64,000 nt of DNA, from assembly GCA_965248265.1 (NCBI GenBank), contig CBDFJF010000002.1, forward strand, positions 1,664,001-1,728,000, written 5' to 3'. Positions within the stretch are counted from its first letter, which is position 1. Each line of letters starts with the position of its first letter. This document shows positions 1-9,930 of this stretch, in pieces. The notes under the pieces are model-generated. The model was not told the DNA's origin. It saw only the letters and a program-made list of their open reading frames with translations, and ran no database searches. A program made the translations under genes and the position numbers. This DNA is from Candidatus Latescibacterota bacterium (lineage in GTDB: Bacteria > Latescibacterota > UBA2968 > UBA8231).

Positions 1-347
1 GCGGACGTGTTGGGTTCGAAAATGCCGAGGGACGAGTCCTGATGTGCTTCCATGATGATCAGGGTCCCGATGAAGACACGCCGCGGCTGTGAATCTTGTT
101 GCGAAAGACGCTTTTCACGGTAGACATTGAGCGTGGCACCCTTGTTGATATTCGATTCCAGCCCCCGGTCGATGTAGTACTGACGCTCACTGCTCGCTCC
201 CTCCACTGTGGCCCCATGATTGAATGCGTCAATGACATGAATGACGCGTGGTGCTTCCGCGTTCGCCGCCAAGCCGACAGCGATCAACCCCACTGTTGCC
301 AATGCTGCGAGGTGTCCCATTCGACAGGTGAAAGTGGGGATGGACAC
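1..347 (-). CDS. Exported protein, 3' end outside window; FlgT C-terminal-like beta domain
   Basis: Not in the ORF track. Manual translation from GTG347/ATG320 gives signal-like MGHLAALATVGLIAVGLAANA, then YYIDRGLESNINKGATLNVYR...VFIGTLIIMEAH, open to position 1. Confidence 0.6.
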   Translation of the reverse strand, partial: MSIPTFTCRMGHLAALATVGLIAVGLAANAEAPRVIHVIDAFNHGATVEGASSERQYYIDRGLESNINKGATLNVYREKRLSQQDSQPRRVFIGTLIIMEAHQDSSLGIFEPNTS

Positions 348-456
348 TGATCGAGTTTGACATGATCCTGATTCGTATCCAGTGGCGCTCATGGGACGTC
401 TCAGTCTACCGTAAAGCAAGGAGGAGATCCCCGCAGCGGGGAGCTGCCGCCAGACG

Positions 457-1341
457 CTACCTGCCAGCCGTTGCCTTGAGTGCGCCCCAGGAGGTGAACT
501 CGACCGCCGTTGGGTCTTCACTGAAGTCAGTTAGCCGTAAGACCTGGGTAAAAATCAACTCTTCAGCCCCCTCTATACCCTCAGGGGGTTGCGTGGTGGC
601 CTGTTGCACCATCGCTACCTGTCCGACCCGAGGCGCAAACCACGCCCACTGGTCGATTCTCTGCGCCAGGATCAGCGGTTCCTCGCCTTCCGCTTGCATG
701 TTGAGAAGTGCGTCAATTCCAACGTGCAGGCGAAGCGCATCGAAGGTTCCAGCTGGCACCGAAACCTGACCCCAGGCGTCGACTTCACCAACCATGTCGT
801 AGGTGCCCGTCATCCTAAGACCCAGTAATTCGATATCGACCGGAACCTGGATCGGGGCAAGGCTCTTTCCAAACGTGAGCGGGTAGAAATCTTGAAACTG
901 GTCTAAATCAGACCCCTCGGTGGGCGAGGAAATGAGGTCGCTCAACCCCGACGGCAGTTCGGCGCCACCTGTCCCGAGAAGAATCGGTTGCGAAGCGTTC
1001 TTGAAGTAATAGTAGACTTCCCCGACCTGGTCGTCCGTTGACTTCACGACGTAATCGGCCTCGGGATAATCACCTGCCTCCGGTGCCGAAGCCGGATCGA
1101 GCACATCCGACGCCACCATCGATGTGACCAACGGCTCTACCATGAAGTCTCCGGCGAGATCCAGCTGGTTGGCCTCTCCCACCTCGAGATCGATTCCCAG
1201 CTCGGTTAATGAAACTGGGAAGAAGTCCAGCCTCATCACAACATGGTCACCGATATGGGGTACGGCGTCAGCTGCGTCTATCGTCACCTGTGCATGTACC
1301 GTCGACCATGCCAATAGGAAAGCTGCGATGAATCGGATCAT
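457..1341 (-). CDS. Secreted hypothetical protein with C-terminal TAVxxxSWGxxK tail
   Basis: Signal peptide MIRFIAAFLLAWSTVHA (start refined to ATG1341); ends DPTAVEFTSWGALKATAGR. Confidence 0.8.
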   Translation of the reverse strand: MIRFIAAFLLAWSTVHAQVTIDAADAVPHIGDHVVMRLDFFPVSLTELGIDLEVGEANQLDLAGDFMVEPLVTSMVASDVLDPASAPEAGDYPEADYVVKSTDDQVGEVYYYFKNASQPILLGTGGAELPSGLSDLISSPTEGSDLDQFQDFYPLTFGKSLAPIQVPVDIELLGLRMTGTYDMVGEVDAWGQVSVPAGTFDALRLHVGIDALLNMQAEGEEPLILAQRIDQWAWFAPRVGQVAMVQQATTQPPEGIEGAEELIFTQVLRLTDFSEDPTAVEFTSWGALKATAGR

Positions 1342-1431
1342 TGGATGCCCCATTATCTTGTGAGCGTGCTCCCGATGGTCACTTTCGCTTGGCAATATAG
1401 TGGAAGCCACCGAAATATTCGGGGAGTTTTT

Positions 1432-2341
1432 TCAACACCCGGAGAATTCATTCAACTGGTGATCAGCCGATCTGGTATACTCCTCCAGTAACTTACTCCC
1501 ACGGTGATACGCCCAGCTGAGAGAATCAATTGAAAACACTGCTGAGAAGAGTCGAATGAGAGTGTCATTCTCTTGTTTTTCGGTCGAATCCGGAAAATAG
1601 CCAGCCCTGAATGACCGGTACCTCAGAGTTCATTCCCCACCAGTTCGAAATCCACGCCAACTGCATTTCAGGGACAAGTCCAGATTCCCCCATCTCCCAG
1701 TCGATTAGATAGATGTCTCCGTCGGGTTGAAAGATGCAGTGTTCGGGACCAATATCGAGCAGAATCAGGCCTATATCCCAATCGTCATCTTTCAAATCCA
1801 TGAAAGCCTCATAAACGCAGGCAACCTTTTTCGAATCAAACAGCTCAAGTTCGGATAATAACTTGAAGCCTTCCTGTGCTACCGAGGTCTGATAGTCAAT
1901 CCAGTTCATTGAGAATTGCTTTGTCGTCCGATTCGATACCCTCGTTCCAAATCCGCGAGTCTCGATTCTGTTGACTTTTCGCGCCACGGAGCCAATTCGC
2001 TTCCATAGATCGTTTACAGGAATTGGCAGCTTATCTCCGCTGGTTCCACCGATAAATTCTTCGACCATGTAGGCGAAATCGCCCTTTACTCCATTCGAGA
2101 TGACCTTTGGCACATTGATGCCATACTCAGCGCCCCACTCAATTTTGGCTTGTTCAGATATGAAATCCTGATCCGGATCTTCTCGTTCATTCAATCGGAT
2201 TACGAATTCACCTTGAGAGGAGTCAATGCGAAAGACTGTATTGATCTGGCCCCCGTCGAGGTTGGAGATCGAGATATTGGGACCGAATTCAGCCTCGGAA
2301 ATCGCTTTCGCAATCTCTTCGATTCGATTTATGTCAGACAT
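1432..2341 (-). pseudogene. Aminoglycoside phosphotransferase/choline-kinase-like protein with a frameshift near 1618
   Basis: GGQINTVFRI, FVIRLN, YMVEEFIGG and LIDWE kinase motifs; a helical APH-like C-terminus (SFRAGYFP...IRLFSAVFSIDSLSWAYHRG) continues in another frame to TGA at 1432. Confidence 0.65.
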
Positions 2342-2665
2342 GGGCAAAGCCATCCTGTCTCCGGCCAAGTACGAATCCAGTGTGACGTTGTGTAGTGAAA
2401 CTAGTGTATTGTCACGTGGGGTATTCCCATCGGCTGCCCTTACGGCGGAGGTCACCTGGGCAGCCTTAGTCAAAGCAACCGTGCGCGCTGAGGCAACTCG
2501 GTGGTAACGCATCACATTGAGCCCTAGCGCAATCCGTTCTTGACCGCCCAACGTCGAGAGGGAGGCAATGCTGCCTCACGGCATCGCCATCAAGTTTGGA
2601 ATGCAGGTCACGGATGTTTAACGTTCATTGAAGGCCCCTTTCAGCTGAACACCAGGGAGGCGATC

Positions 2666-3256
2666 ATGAGACTCCGCAATTGCGCAATGGCCCTAACTGT
2701 TCTTGCAACCACATCGTGGGCTGACGGTTTTGACGTCCAGGGTGGCGGTCCAGAGTCCAGGTTCGGCATCACTGCAATCGGGATCGATCCATTCAACCCG
2801 AGCGTGCTGTTCGCCGGAAACGACGACGGCGGACTCTACAAGAGCATGGACCGCGGCGAGAGCTGGAGTACTCTCTGGCCGATGGAGGCCAAAGACGACG
2901 GCCTGTATCTGCGCTATATACGACAGATCGCCATCCACCCTGTGAGTACGCGTGTTTACGTCTCTTCAGACAACCTGTATCTCAGTGACGACGGCGGAAC
3001 GACGTGGCGGACCGTACCGGGCAGGCTGCACGTGGTTATCGATCCGATCGATCCCGATATCGTGTACGCCACGGAGCCCGACGGCTTCTACCGAAGCACC
3101 GATGGCGGTATCAATTGGACGAAGATCCACGAGGGCGGTCCATCAGCCGTCGTCATCGATCCCTTGAATCCAAGCATTGTCTATTCAGCCATGCGGGCCA
3201 TCGAGCGCGACGTCCTCCGTTTTACGTTCGACGGGTCCAAGACTGCTGTAGGCTAG
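2666..3256 (+). pseudogene. BNR/Asp-box beta-propeller secreted protein, short and probably truncated
   Basis: RBS GGAGG and ATG2666, signal peptide, three Asp-boxes (SMDRGESW, SDDGGTTW, STDGGINW); only about 196 aa, with a TAG inside the C-terminal TAV..SWG motif. Confidence 0.6.
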
Positions 3257-3318
3257 ATCTCCTGGGGCGAAAGAATGGGCAAGTACACGCTTGATCGGGG
3301 AATGATACAAATCGTTTG

Positions 3319-6300
3319 ATGAAATACGCCGGAGCATTGTGCCTTCTCGCGTCCTGTCTGGTGTTGGTTGCCGCAGAGGTCGGTGCGCAGAACGGCATCC
3401 GCCTGCGCGAGCAGGGCACAAACAGTGATGAGGTCGAGCTCGAAATCGGAGAGAGGATAACGATCGAGATCCTCGCCGATTTGGGCAACGTTGGTGCTTC
3501 CGGGATCTCCGTCTTCATCACCGTCCCGAGAGACAACTTCCACATCGTCGACCAGAGGGAGGTCGACGAAGCCGCCGGGGATACGACCAGACAGGCCAAC
3601 GCCGGCACTCAGCCTTTCATAGCCGGACCCCTGTTCGAGGAAGCCGGGGAATCGCGTAATCTGCTCAACTCTCCCGATGACGTCGTCAACATCTCCGACG
3701 ATCTCAGGCTGTTAGAATACGCGGTCGTCTTCGGCGCCACTGGGGATCGGAGCCGAACCGGCTCCGGGGTCGTTGCCTCCTTCCAGCTGCAGGCCATCCG
3801 ACCGACCCAGCATTCGGAGATCAGAATCCTCACCAGCCCGATTTACGAGACGCGGATCACGCTTCCCGAGGGTGGTGAACGGCAATTCAAGTCGTCGCCG
3901 CAGGGAATGCAAATCAGCGTCCTCGGCCTCGAGCTGCTCGACATTCCCGATGTCATCCTGCTGCCGGGGGAGGCCGATTCGGTGCAGATCGGGTCCCTCA
4001 ACCAATACGTGTCGAATGTCCTGTCGGATATCGACTCGCTGCAGTGGTCGTTCTCTTCCCCGGTACCGAGTGACAGCCTCGAGATCGAGATCGATGCAAC
4101 CGACGAGAACACGGTCAAGGTCCGACCGCTCCTGGAGTGGTCCGGTAGTACTCGGGTTACGTGGACGGTAGTCGATTCCATCGCCGGGGCCCGATTCGTG
4201 GGTCCGACACCCTCAGCCAGCGAGTTCTCCGACATCATCGTCAACAACCCGCCCGAGTTCGTACGCGATCGTCTCGGCCGCCCCTTGGTCAGCGGACCGG
4301 ACGGGGTCAAGCGGGATACCGTGCGCTTCCGGGAAGACGAGCACATCTTCCTCAGCGAAGGCGGCTTGCTCGATTCCCGGTTGGCCTTCCGAGGGGTCGA
4401 TCTGGACTCGATGGTGGATGATCCCGATCTGTTTGACCCGGACGAGGGGCTGAGCTATCTCGTCAGTACCATCAATGTAGAGGTGGCGGAGGCGCGGGTC
4501 AGGGGCGACGACGACCAGGTGACTCATGACCTGCTGGTGTGGGCCTTACCCGATTTCTCCGGGGTCGATTCGCTACGGGTTCTCGTCCAGGACGAAGCGC
4601 GAGGGCTGGACTCCCTGCGCATCATCGTTGAGGTCGAACCGGTGGCGGATGCGCCGGAATTCATTCTCCCCACAAGCGAGCGCAATCTGCGCATCAGCCG
4701 GGGCAGCACGCGCACCTACCCGTTCGGCGACCTCGTCGAGGACCCGGACACGCCGCTCGACAGCCTTATGCTCACATGGGTGGACGATCCCGGGGGCCAT
4801 TTCTACGCCGACACGACTCGCAGCAGTGGCGAGCTACTCGTGCACATCAATGGGGATCCCCTCTTTATCGGCCAGGGCCAGGTGACGTTCGAGGTCACCG
4901 ATGGGGACAGTCTCAAAGGTACGATGGTTCTGTCCATCGAGTCCGCCGAGGCACTGCCACCCGACGTGTTCCCCTCGGAACTCCCGATCAAAATCACTCC
5001 GGGCGGTGGTCGCGTTCAGCAGAACCTGGACGATTTTGTCGAGGATCCTGACAACTCCGACAGCGAACTTACCTGGTCGGTTTTGCTCCCGCACACCAGT
5101 GACATCGACGTCGACGACGCGCGTCAGCTCAACGTCCAGGCGCCGCCTGACTTCGTCGGCTACGAGACCGTTCACTTGATCGTGTCCGACCCGTCGGACC
5201 AGTCCGACGTACTTGCTCTGAGGATCTACTCTTCTGACGGCCGGCCGGTGGTTGGTGGCATACCGGACGTCATCCTCGACCGTGGCGAGCAGAACAAGGA
5301 CATCGACCTGGACGACTACTCGTACGATTCGGACAACACGGAGCAGGAACTGACGTGGCGGGTTCTGGACGGTTTCGATCGCGACAACCTTCAGGTGGAG
5401 ATCGCGCCGCTGACGAACCTGGTCACCTACTTCGCCTCCGAAGACGCCGTATTCACCACCGAAACGGTCATTTTCCAGGTCATTGATCCCGACGACCGCT
5501 CCTGGCAGGACACCGTTCTCGTCACCGTCACCATGCCTGTGGTTGAGCCAGACCCGTTCCATATTCCGCCGCTGCAGGCGGAAGTGGGCCCAGTCCCCAC
5601 CGAATTGATCGATCTCGACGATCACCTGCAGATTTCCCCGCTCATATCGCGCGCCGGCATCACCTGGTCGATCCCAAGGCCGGGAAGGATTGGCACCGTC
5701 GTCCTCAAGGAGGGCACCTCCCGTGTGATTGCCTTCAGCGACAGTGCTGGTATCGACACGGTCGAATTCGTCGCTACCGACTCGCTCGGCAGGACACAAC
5801 GCGCGATCACGACGATACGCTATTTCGGCGAGCACGAGAGCCTGACCCTGCGGGCGATACCGGACATCACCTTCATCGCAGGAGTGGCGTCCGAGGAGCT
5901 GCAGCTGAACGACTACATCTCCGACAGGGCGACCCATCCGGATTCCCTGATCGAATGGCGCCGTGAAGTCCTGGGCGATCATGAAGGCTTCATCGTCCGG
6001 TTGAGCGAGGACAACAAGGTGCAAGCGTTGTCGGCAGACACGCTCACCGTCCAGGTCGTCTTCATCGCCTCGAACACGGCGACCGGGGTGACGGGACGGG
6101 ACACCATCAACGTGATCGCCCTGGACCCGGCGCTGGCCGTCAGCCCGCTCAAGGAGTTTCCGGAGATCGTGATCGCGGCCGGTAAGGTCGACACCACGAT
6201 CATCCTCAACGATTTCCTTCCAGATGGCTCAGAAGCCAGCACCACCAACTGGCAAGTGTCGGGTCAGATCATAACCGCGCCGTTCATCGAAACGTCGGCG

Positions 6301-7656
6301 CCGCACAGGTTGAGACTCAGCACGCTCAGCGAGCGCACTGGCGACGACACCCTGTCATTCACTGTCGATCTTGGCGGTGGCTTCAGCGGCGTCGGAGATT
6401 TGTTCGTCCGGGTGGTGGAGCCAATAGACGAAAGCACGTTCGCTGTGCGCGTGGTGCCGAATGCGCTCAATGTCGAGTTCCTCAGCTTGTTCGTGGTGTC
6501 GAGGGTCGAGTTGGCGAGTATACCGTCAGTCGTCTTTTCCTATGGCACCACGGACACGACCATCGCGGTCACCCAGATTGAGAGTGAGCTGGAGAACACG
6601 GGCGTCCTCATCTGGTCCGGCAGCGCCAATGTGCCACCGGGCACGGTCGGCGAGATAATCGTCGGTGCGCACGCCACGACTCAGTCCGGCACCAACGTCG
6701 TTGACGCTGCGTCCGTCGTCATCGGCACGGTGACAGCCGGCAAGGCGGTGGTGCTCAACCACGGAGGTACCGAGGTCGCCGTGCCGGCGGGTGCTGTCGA
6801 GCGCGACACCAGGATCCTCCTGCAGACCGAGTCCGAGGCGGCGCCCGAAGCACAGGATGGCGCGTCCGCGGACGGTCCACCAGAGCTGACCCTGCGCACG
6901 GTCGTCAACCTGTACCCGGTCGATCTGATCCTGGCGCGAGATATCACCCTGAGGTCCGGTTCGAAGCAGCACGACCAGGCTGACGGTCTGTACAGGTTTG
7001 AGAGTGGCGGTTGGGCCTATATCGGTGCGGCCACGCATGCCGTCAGTGTCGGTAGCTTCGGTCGCTATGCCATCATGCGCGACGGGCGCGCTCCTGCGAT
7101 CGAGATCACGACCGAGCCGAGTGCGGGCGGCCCGGAAATGAGCGCCACCGTCACGGATGGCGGCAGCGGTATCGATCCCGACGGGATCACAGTGAGTCTG
7201 GACGGCGAGCCGGTAGGGGGGGTCACTTTCAATCGGGGCGAGCTCCTGTGGGTGCCGCCTGCACCTGTCGGGGCAGGAATTCACGATCTCGAGATCACCG
7301 TCGTCGACCGCGCCGCGAACAGGACCGTCCGCCGGCTCAGCTTCAGGGTTGGAGGGAACACGCTCCCGACCGTTCTGGCGCTGGGAAACAACTACCCCAA
7401 CCCGTTCAATCCGGAGACCGTTATTCCGTTCACCGTGCCAGAGTCTCCTGAGCCCGTCAGAGTCCGGCTGGCCATCTACAACAGCGCGGGGCAGAAGGTC
7501 CGAGTACTGCTCGACGGGCAGATAGTAGGATCGGGCAAGCATGAAGTTGCGTGGGACGGTCGGGACGAACTAGGCAGGAAAGCGGCCACCGGCATCTACC
7601 TGTATCGCCTTGAGGGTGCCGCCATGCTTACCAAGCAGATGGCCCTGCTGAAATAG
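3319..7656 (+). CDS. Large secreted surface protein: cohesin-like N-terminus, about 8 cadherin/Ig-like repeats, C-terminal FlgD-Ig/T9SS-type sorting domain
   Basis: Signal peptide; repeated DLDDxVxDxDxxxxxLxW-like units; C-terminus NNYPNPFNPET...IYNSAGQKVR...WDGRD...GIYLYRL...MALLK. Confidence 0.85.
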   Translation: MKYAGALCLLASCLVLVAAEVGAQNGIRLREQGTNSDEVELEIGERITIEILADLGNVGASGISVFITVPRDNFHIVDQREVDEAAGDTTRQANAGTQPFIAGPLFEEAGESRNLLNSPDDVVNISDDLRLLEYAVVFGATGDRSRTGSGVVASFQLQAIRPTQHSEIRILTSPIYETRITLPEGGERQFKSSPQGMQISVLGLELLDIPDVILLPGEADSVQIGSLNQYVSNVLSDIDSLQWSFSSPVPSDSLEIEIDATDENTVKVRPLLEWSGSTRVTWTVVDSIAGARFVGPTPSASEFSDIIVNNPPEFVRDRLGRPLVSGPDGVKRDTVRFREDEHIFLSEGGLLDSRLAFRGVDLDSMVDDPDLFDPDEGLSYLVSTINVEVAEARVRGDDDQVTHDLLVWALPDFSGVDSLRVLVQDEARGLDSLRIIVEVEPVADAPEFILPTSERNLRISRGSTRTYPFGDLVEDPDTPLDSLMLTWVDDPGGHFYADTTRSSGELLVHINGDPLFIGQGQVTFEVTDGDSLKGTMVLSIESAEALPPDVFPSELPIKITPGGGRVQQNLDDFVEDPDNSDSELTWSVLLPHTSDIDVDDARQLNVQAPPDFVGYETVHLIVSDPSDQSDVLALRIYSSDGRPVVGGIPDVILDRGEQNKDIDLDDYSYDSDNTEQELTWRVLDGFDRDNLQVEIAPLTNLVTYFASEDAVFTTETVIFQVIDPDDRSWQDTVLVTVTMPVVEPDPFHIPPLQAEVGPVPTELIDLDDHLQISPLISRAGITWSIPRPGRIGTVVLKEGTSRVIAFSDSAGIDTVEFVATDSLGRTQRAITTIRYFGEHESLTLRAIPDITFIAGVASEELQLNDYISDRATHPDSLIEWRREVLGDHEGFIVRLSEDNKVQALSADTLTVQVVFIASNTATGVTGRDTINVIALDPALAVSPLKEFPEIVIAAGKVDTTIILNDFLPDGSEASTTNWQVSGQIITAPFIETSAPHRLRLSTLSERTGDDTLSFTVDLGGGFSGVGDLFVRVVEPIDESTFAVRVVPNALNVEFLSLFVVSRVELASIPSVVFSYGTTDTTIAVTQIESELENTGVLIWSGSANVPPGTVGEIIVGAHATTQSGTNVVDAASVVIGTVTAGKAVVLNHGGTEVAVPAGAVERDTRILLQTESEAAPEAQDGASADGPPELTLRTVVNLYPVDLILARDITLRSGSKQHDQADGLYRFESGGWAYIGAATHAVSVGSFGRYAIMRDGRAPAIEITTEPSAGGPEMSATVTDGGSGIDPDGITVSLDGEPVGGVTFNRGELLWVPPAPVGAGIHDLEITVVDRAANRTVRRLSFRVGGNTLPTVLALGNNYPNPFNPETVIPFTVPESPEPVRVRLAIYNSAGQKVRVLLDGQIVGSGKHEVAWDGRDELGRKAATGIYLYRLEGAAMLTKQMALLK

Positions 7657-7659
7657 CGA

Positions 7660-8415
7660 GTGACCGATAAGGAGCCGATGGGAATGCTCACAACCCGAAA
7701 CCAGCAATCTGTCTTTGCCCGCCTCGGCCTGGTGGCACTGGCGTGGATCGTGCTGCTGTCCTGCGGCGGTGGCTCCGGCACGGGCCCTGACGAGATCAAG
7801 GAACGCGAGAAACAACTCAAGGACCGGCTTCCCGTTGACTGGACCCGATACAATGACGGTGACCTCGGCGGAGCGATCGATTTTTTCACCGCAACGCTGG
7901 ATGAAGCGGATGGGCTCGAAGGCGTCGAGGCCGTCAGGGATGAGGTCAAGTCGGAGGCCCAGAACGGGATCGGCTGGTCGTTCATGAACCAGCAGCAACT
8001 CGACGACGCCGAGCAGGCGTTCTCCATCGCCACAACTCTCAACCCGCGCAACGCTGACGCCTGGGTGGGTTGGGCTGGGGTCTCCCTGGCGCAGGGGGAT
8101 TTCGGCGATGTCGTGCAGTTCGTCATCCAGGCTCTGGAAGCCGAGCCGGATTACAACTCCGCGACACGGGTGGACTCCGACGAACGCTCCCTCGGCCACG
8201 ACGACATCGACGAACGGCATGTCCGGTTGATGCTGTCAGAGGCGTATTTCCACCTCGGGCGCTACAGTGTTAACGATCAGCAAGACCCCAATAACGCCGC
8301 TGCCCAGTTGACCTTGGTACACCAGAGTTACCGTTTCCAGAACCCGGGCCAGCTGCTCGACAGCCTCAGCGTCGCCATGCTCAGCTTGCAGAAAACCGTC
8401 TCCGTCGGGATGTGA
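7660..8415 (+). CDS. TPR-containing lipoprotein
   Basis: Lipobox LLSC followed by GGGSGTG; TPR-like AQNGIGWS...AEQAFSIATTLNPRNADAWVG; starts 3 bp after the surface-protein gene. Confidence 0.75.
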   Translation: MTDKEPMGMLTTRNQQSVFARLGLVALAWIVLLSCGGGSGTGPDEIKEREKQLKDRLPVDWTRYNDGDLGGAIDFFTATLDEADGLEGVEAVRDEVKSEAQNGIGWSFMNQQQLDDAEQAFSIATTLNPRNADAWVGWAGVSLAQGDFGDVVQFVIQALEAEPDYNSATRVDSDERSLGHDDIDERHVRLMLSEAYFHLGRYSVNDQQDPNNAAAQLTLVHQSYRFQNPGQLLDSLSVAMLSLQKTVSVGM

Positions 8416-8436
8416 GGCACCGTCCCGTCTCGAGCA

Positions 8437-9669
8437 TCAGACTTGCCCGGTTCCTTCCCTCTCTTCACCCACCCTCGACCTCCGCAATAGCAACGCGTAA
8501 AGCGGCACCACCGGCAGCAACAAGAATGCCGAGCTCAGCAAAGCGGCACGCAGGCCCAACCGCTCGCCAACAGCTCCAGCGACTGGACCTCCAAAGACCT
8601 GGCCGATGGCGTCCATCTGGCTGTTGATGGAAAAGATCGTTGCGCGCACGTGCGGTTGGTCGATGTGTAGATTGAGCCAGGTGTTGTACAGAGGCTGTGA
8701 ACCTGCGTGCAAGGCCCTCTCTATACAATACAAGAGGAGCGCCAACCACCACTGGCCCGCCAGGGCTATGGCGGAAATACTGATCACGAGAAGCACGGAG
8801 ATCACCTGTAGAGCGCGCATCAGCGATTCCTTCGACACCATGTCCACGCGGCGACGTGTGACCTCGACCGCCAGCACCCCCAAAGCACGGGCGCAAGCAC
8901 TGGCCAGGCCGAACCAGATCACTGGTTGAAAATTTGCCGGGAGGCCGATAGCCAGCACGTGCGGTACCCAAAGCCGGTCGAAACCCTCACTGTGCAGGCC
9001 GTAGACGAAACTGACCGTCAACAGCAACCCGAAGCCTCGCTGGCGTCTTGTCAACGACCGGGCGGCCGCTACTGTGTGCCGAATCGTCCCCCAGGTTCGC
9101 CGCTCCTCCCGTGAAACGGGGACAAACCCTCGCTCTGGCATGAGGAACGACAAAACGATGGCCAGCAGCAGCATGCCGGCACCCCCTGCCGTAACCGCCG
9201 CTTGCACGCCGTACAGACCCACACCAACGCCAACCCCAATACCCGCGAAGGCTCCGATCTGATCCCATTGGGCTCCTCGTGTGAAAGCCTCAGCCGCCCG
9301 CGCCTCGCCCACTTCATCGACGATCCAGGCTTCGGTTGCGCCACTGCAGAATGTATATCCCAGCCCCCACATAACGTGTCCGAACAACACGGCTTCAAAG
9401 ACGGGAACAAAACCGACTATGACGAAACCGCAACCAGTCAGCGCAGTGCCAATCAGTATAGAGAGGCGTCGGCTCTTTACGTCGGCCAGAATTCCGGTAG
9501 GGATTTCAAAGAGAAAGCCTGACAGTTCGAGAGCCGTGCCCACAAGCACCATCTGTAGCGGGCCCAAGCCGACGACCTGAGCCTGGTAGAGCAGATTGAC
9601 CGTGAATATTGCTTGCAGAAACAGCGCGGAGAAGAATCGCAGAACCAGATACGAACTCCAGGCACTCAC
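8437..9669 (-). CDS. MFS transporter, TetA(P)-like subfamily
   Basis: About 12 hydrophobic segments; GLGPLQMVLVGTALE...FEIPTGILADVKSRRLS, SGATEAWIVDE and SEGFDRLW motifs. Confidence 0.85.
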   Translation of the reverse strand: MSAWSSYLVLRFFSALFLQAIFTVNLLYQAQVVGLGPLQMVLVGTALELSGFLFEIPTGILADVKSRRLSILIGTALTGCGFVIVGFVPVFEAVLFGHVMWGLGYTFCSGATEAWIVDEVGEARAAEAFTRGAQWDQIGAFAGIGVGVGVGLYGVQAAVTAGGAGMLLLAIVLSFLMPERGFVPVSREERRTWGTIRHTVAAARSLTRRQRGFGLLLTVSFVYGLHSEGFDRLWVPHVLAIGLPANFQPVIWFGLASACARALGVLAVEVTRRRVDMVSKESLMRALQVISVLLVISISAIALAGQWWLALLLYCIERALHAGSQPLYNTWLNLHIDQPHVRATIFSINSQMDAIGQVFGGPVAGAVGERLGLRAALLSSAFLLLPVVPLYALLLRRSRVGEEREGTGQV

Positions 9670-9930
9670 AGAGAAACCACCCCTCTATCAAAGGGGCAAC
9701 GGGAAACGGGCAACAATAGAAGAGACATGGAAAGTGGACCGGGATGGCTGTGGTATTGAGCAGCTCTGCCCACGAAGCTATTGGCAGCATTGGTACAATA
9801 GCCAGCGAAAAGCTACATCCGCAGGTCGAATTAGGCTGTGACACCGAGTTCACCTTTCTTGTTGAGCGTGGTTTCGCCCTCGGTGTGCCACACGTACCGC
9901 TTGCTGAATGAATAGGGAAGGGAGTGTTGC

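Noticed and set aside
3254-3256. Genome-wide TAG recoding
   Set aside because: Other genes (ending at 7656, 13656, 22622, 62397) stop at TAG exactly where their families end.
4834-6024. 396-aa minus-strand ORF and similar long antisense ORFs (6526-7542, 30729-31631, 34757-35632, 35500-36396, 46925-47866)
   Set aside because: Shadow ORFs opposite well-supported genes, expected in GC-rich DNA; no recognisable motifs.
9831-9900. Possible gene remnant RYVWHTEGETTLNKKGELGVTA* on the minus strand
   Set aside because: Codon usage looks coding, but I recognise no family and it is too short to support.
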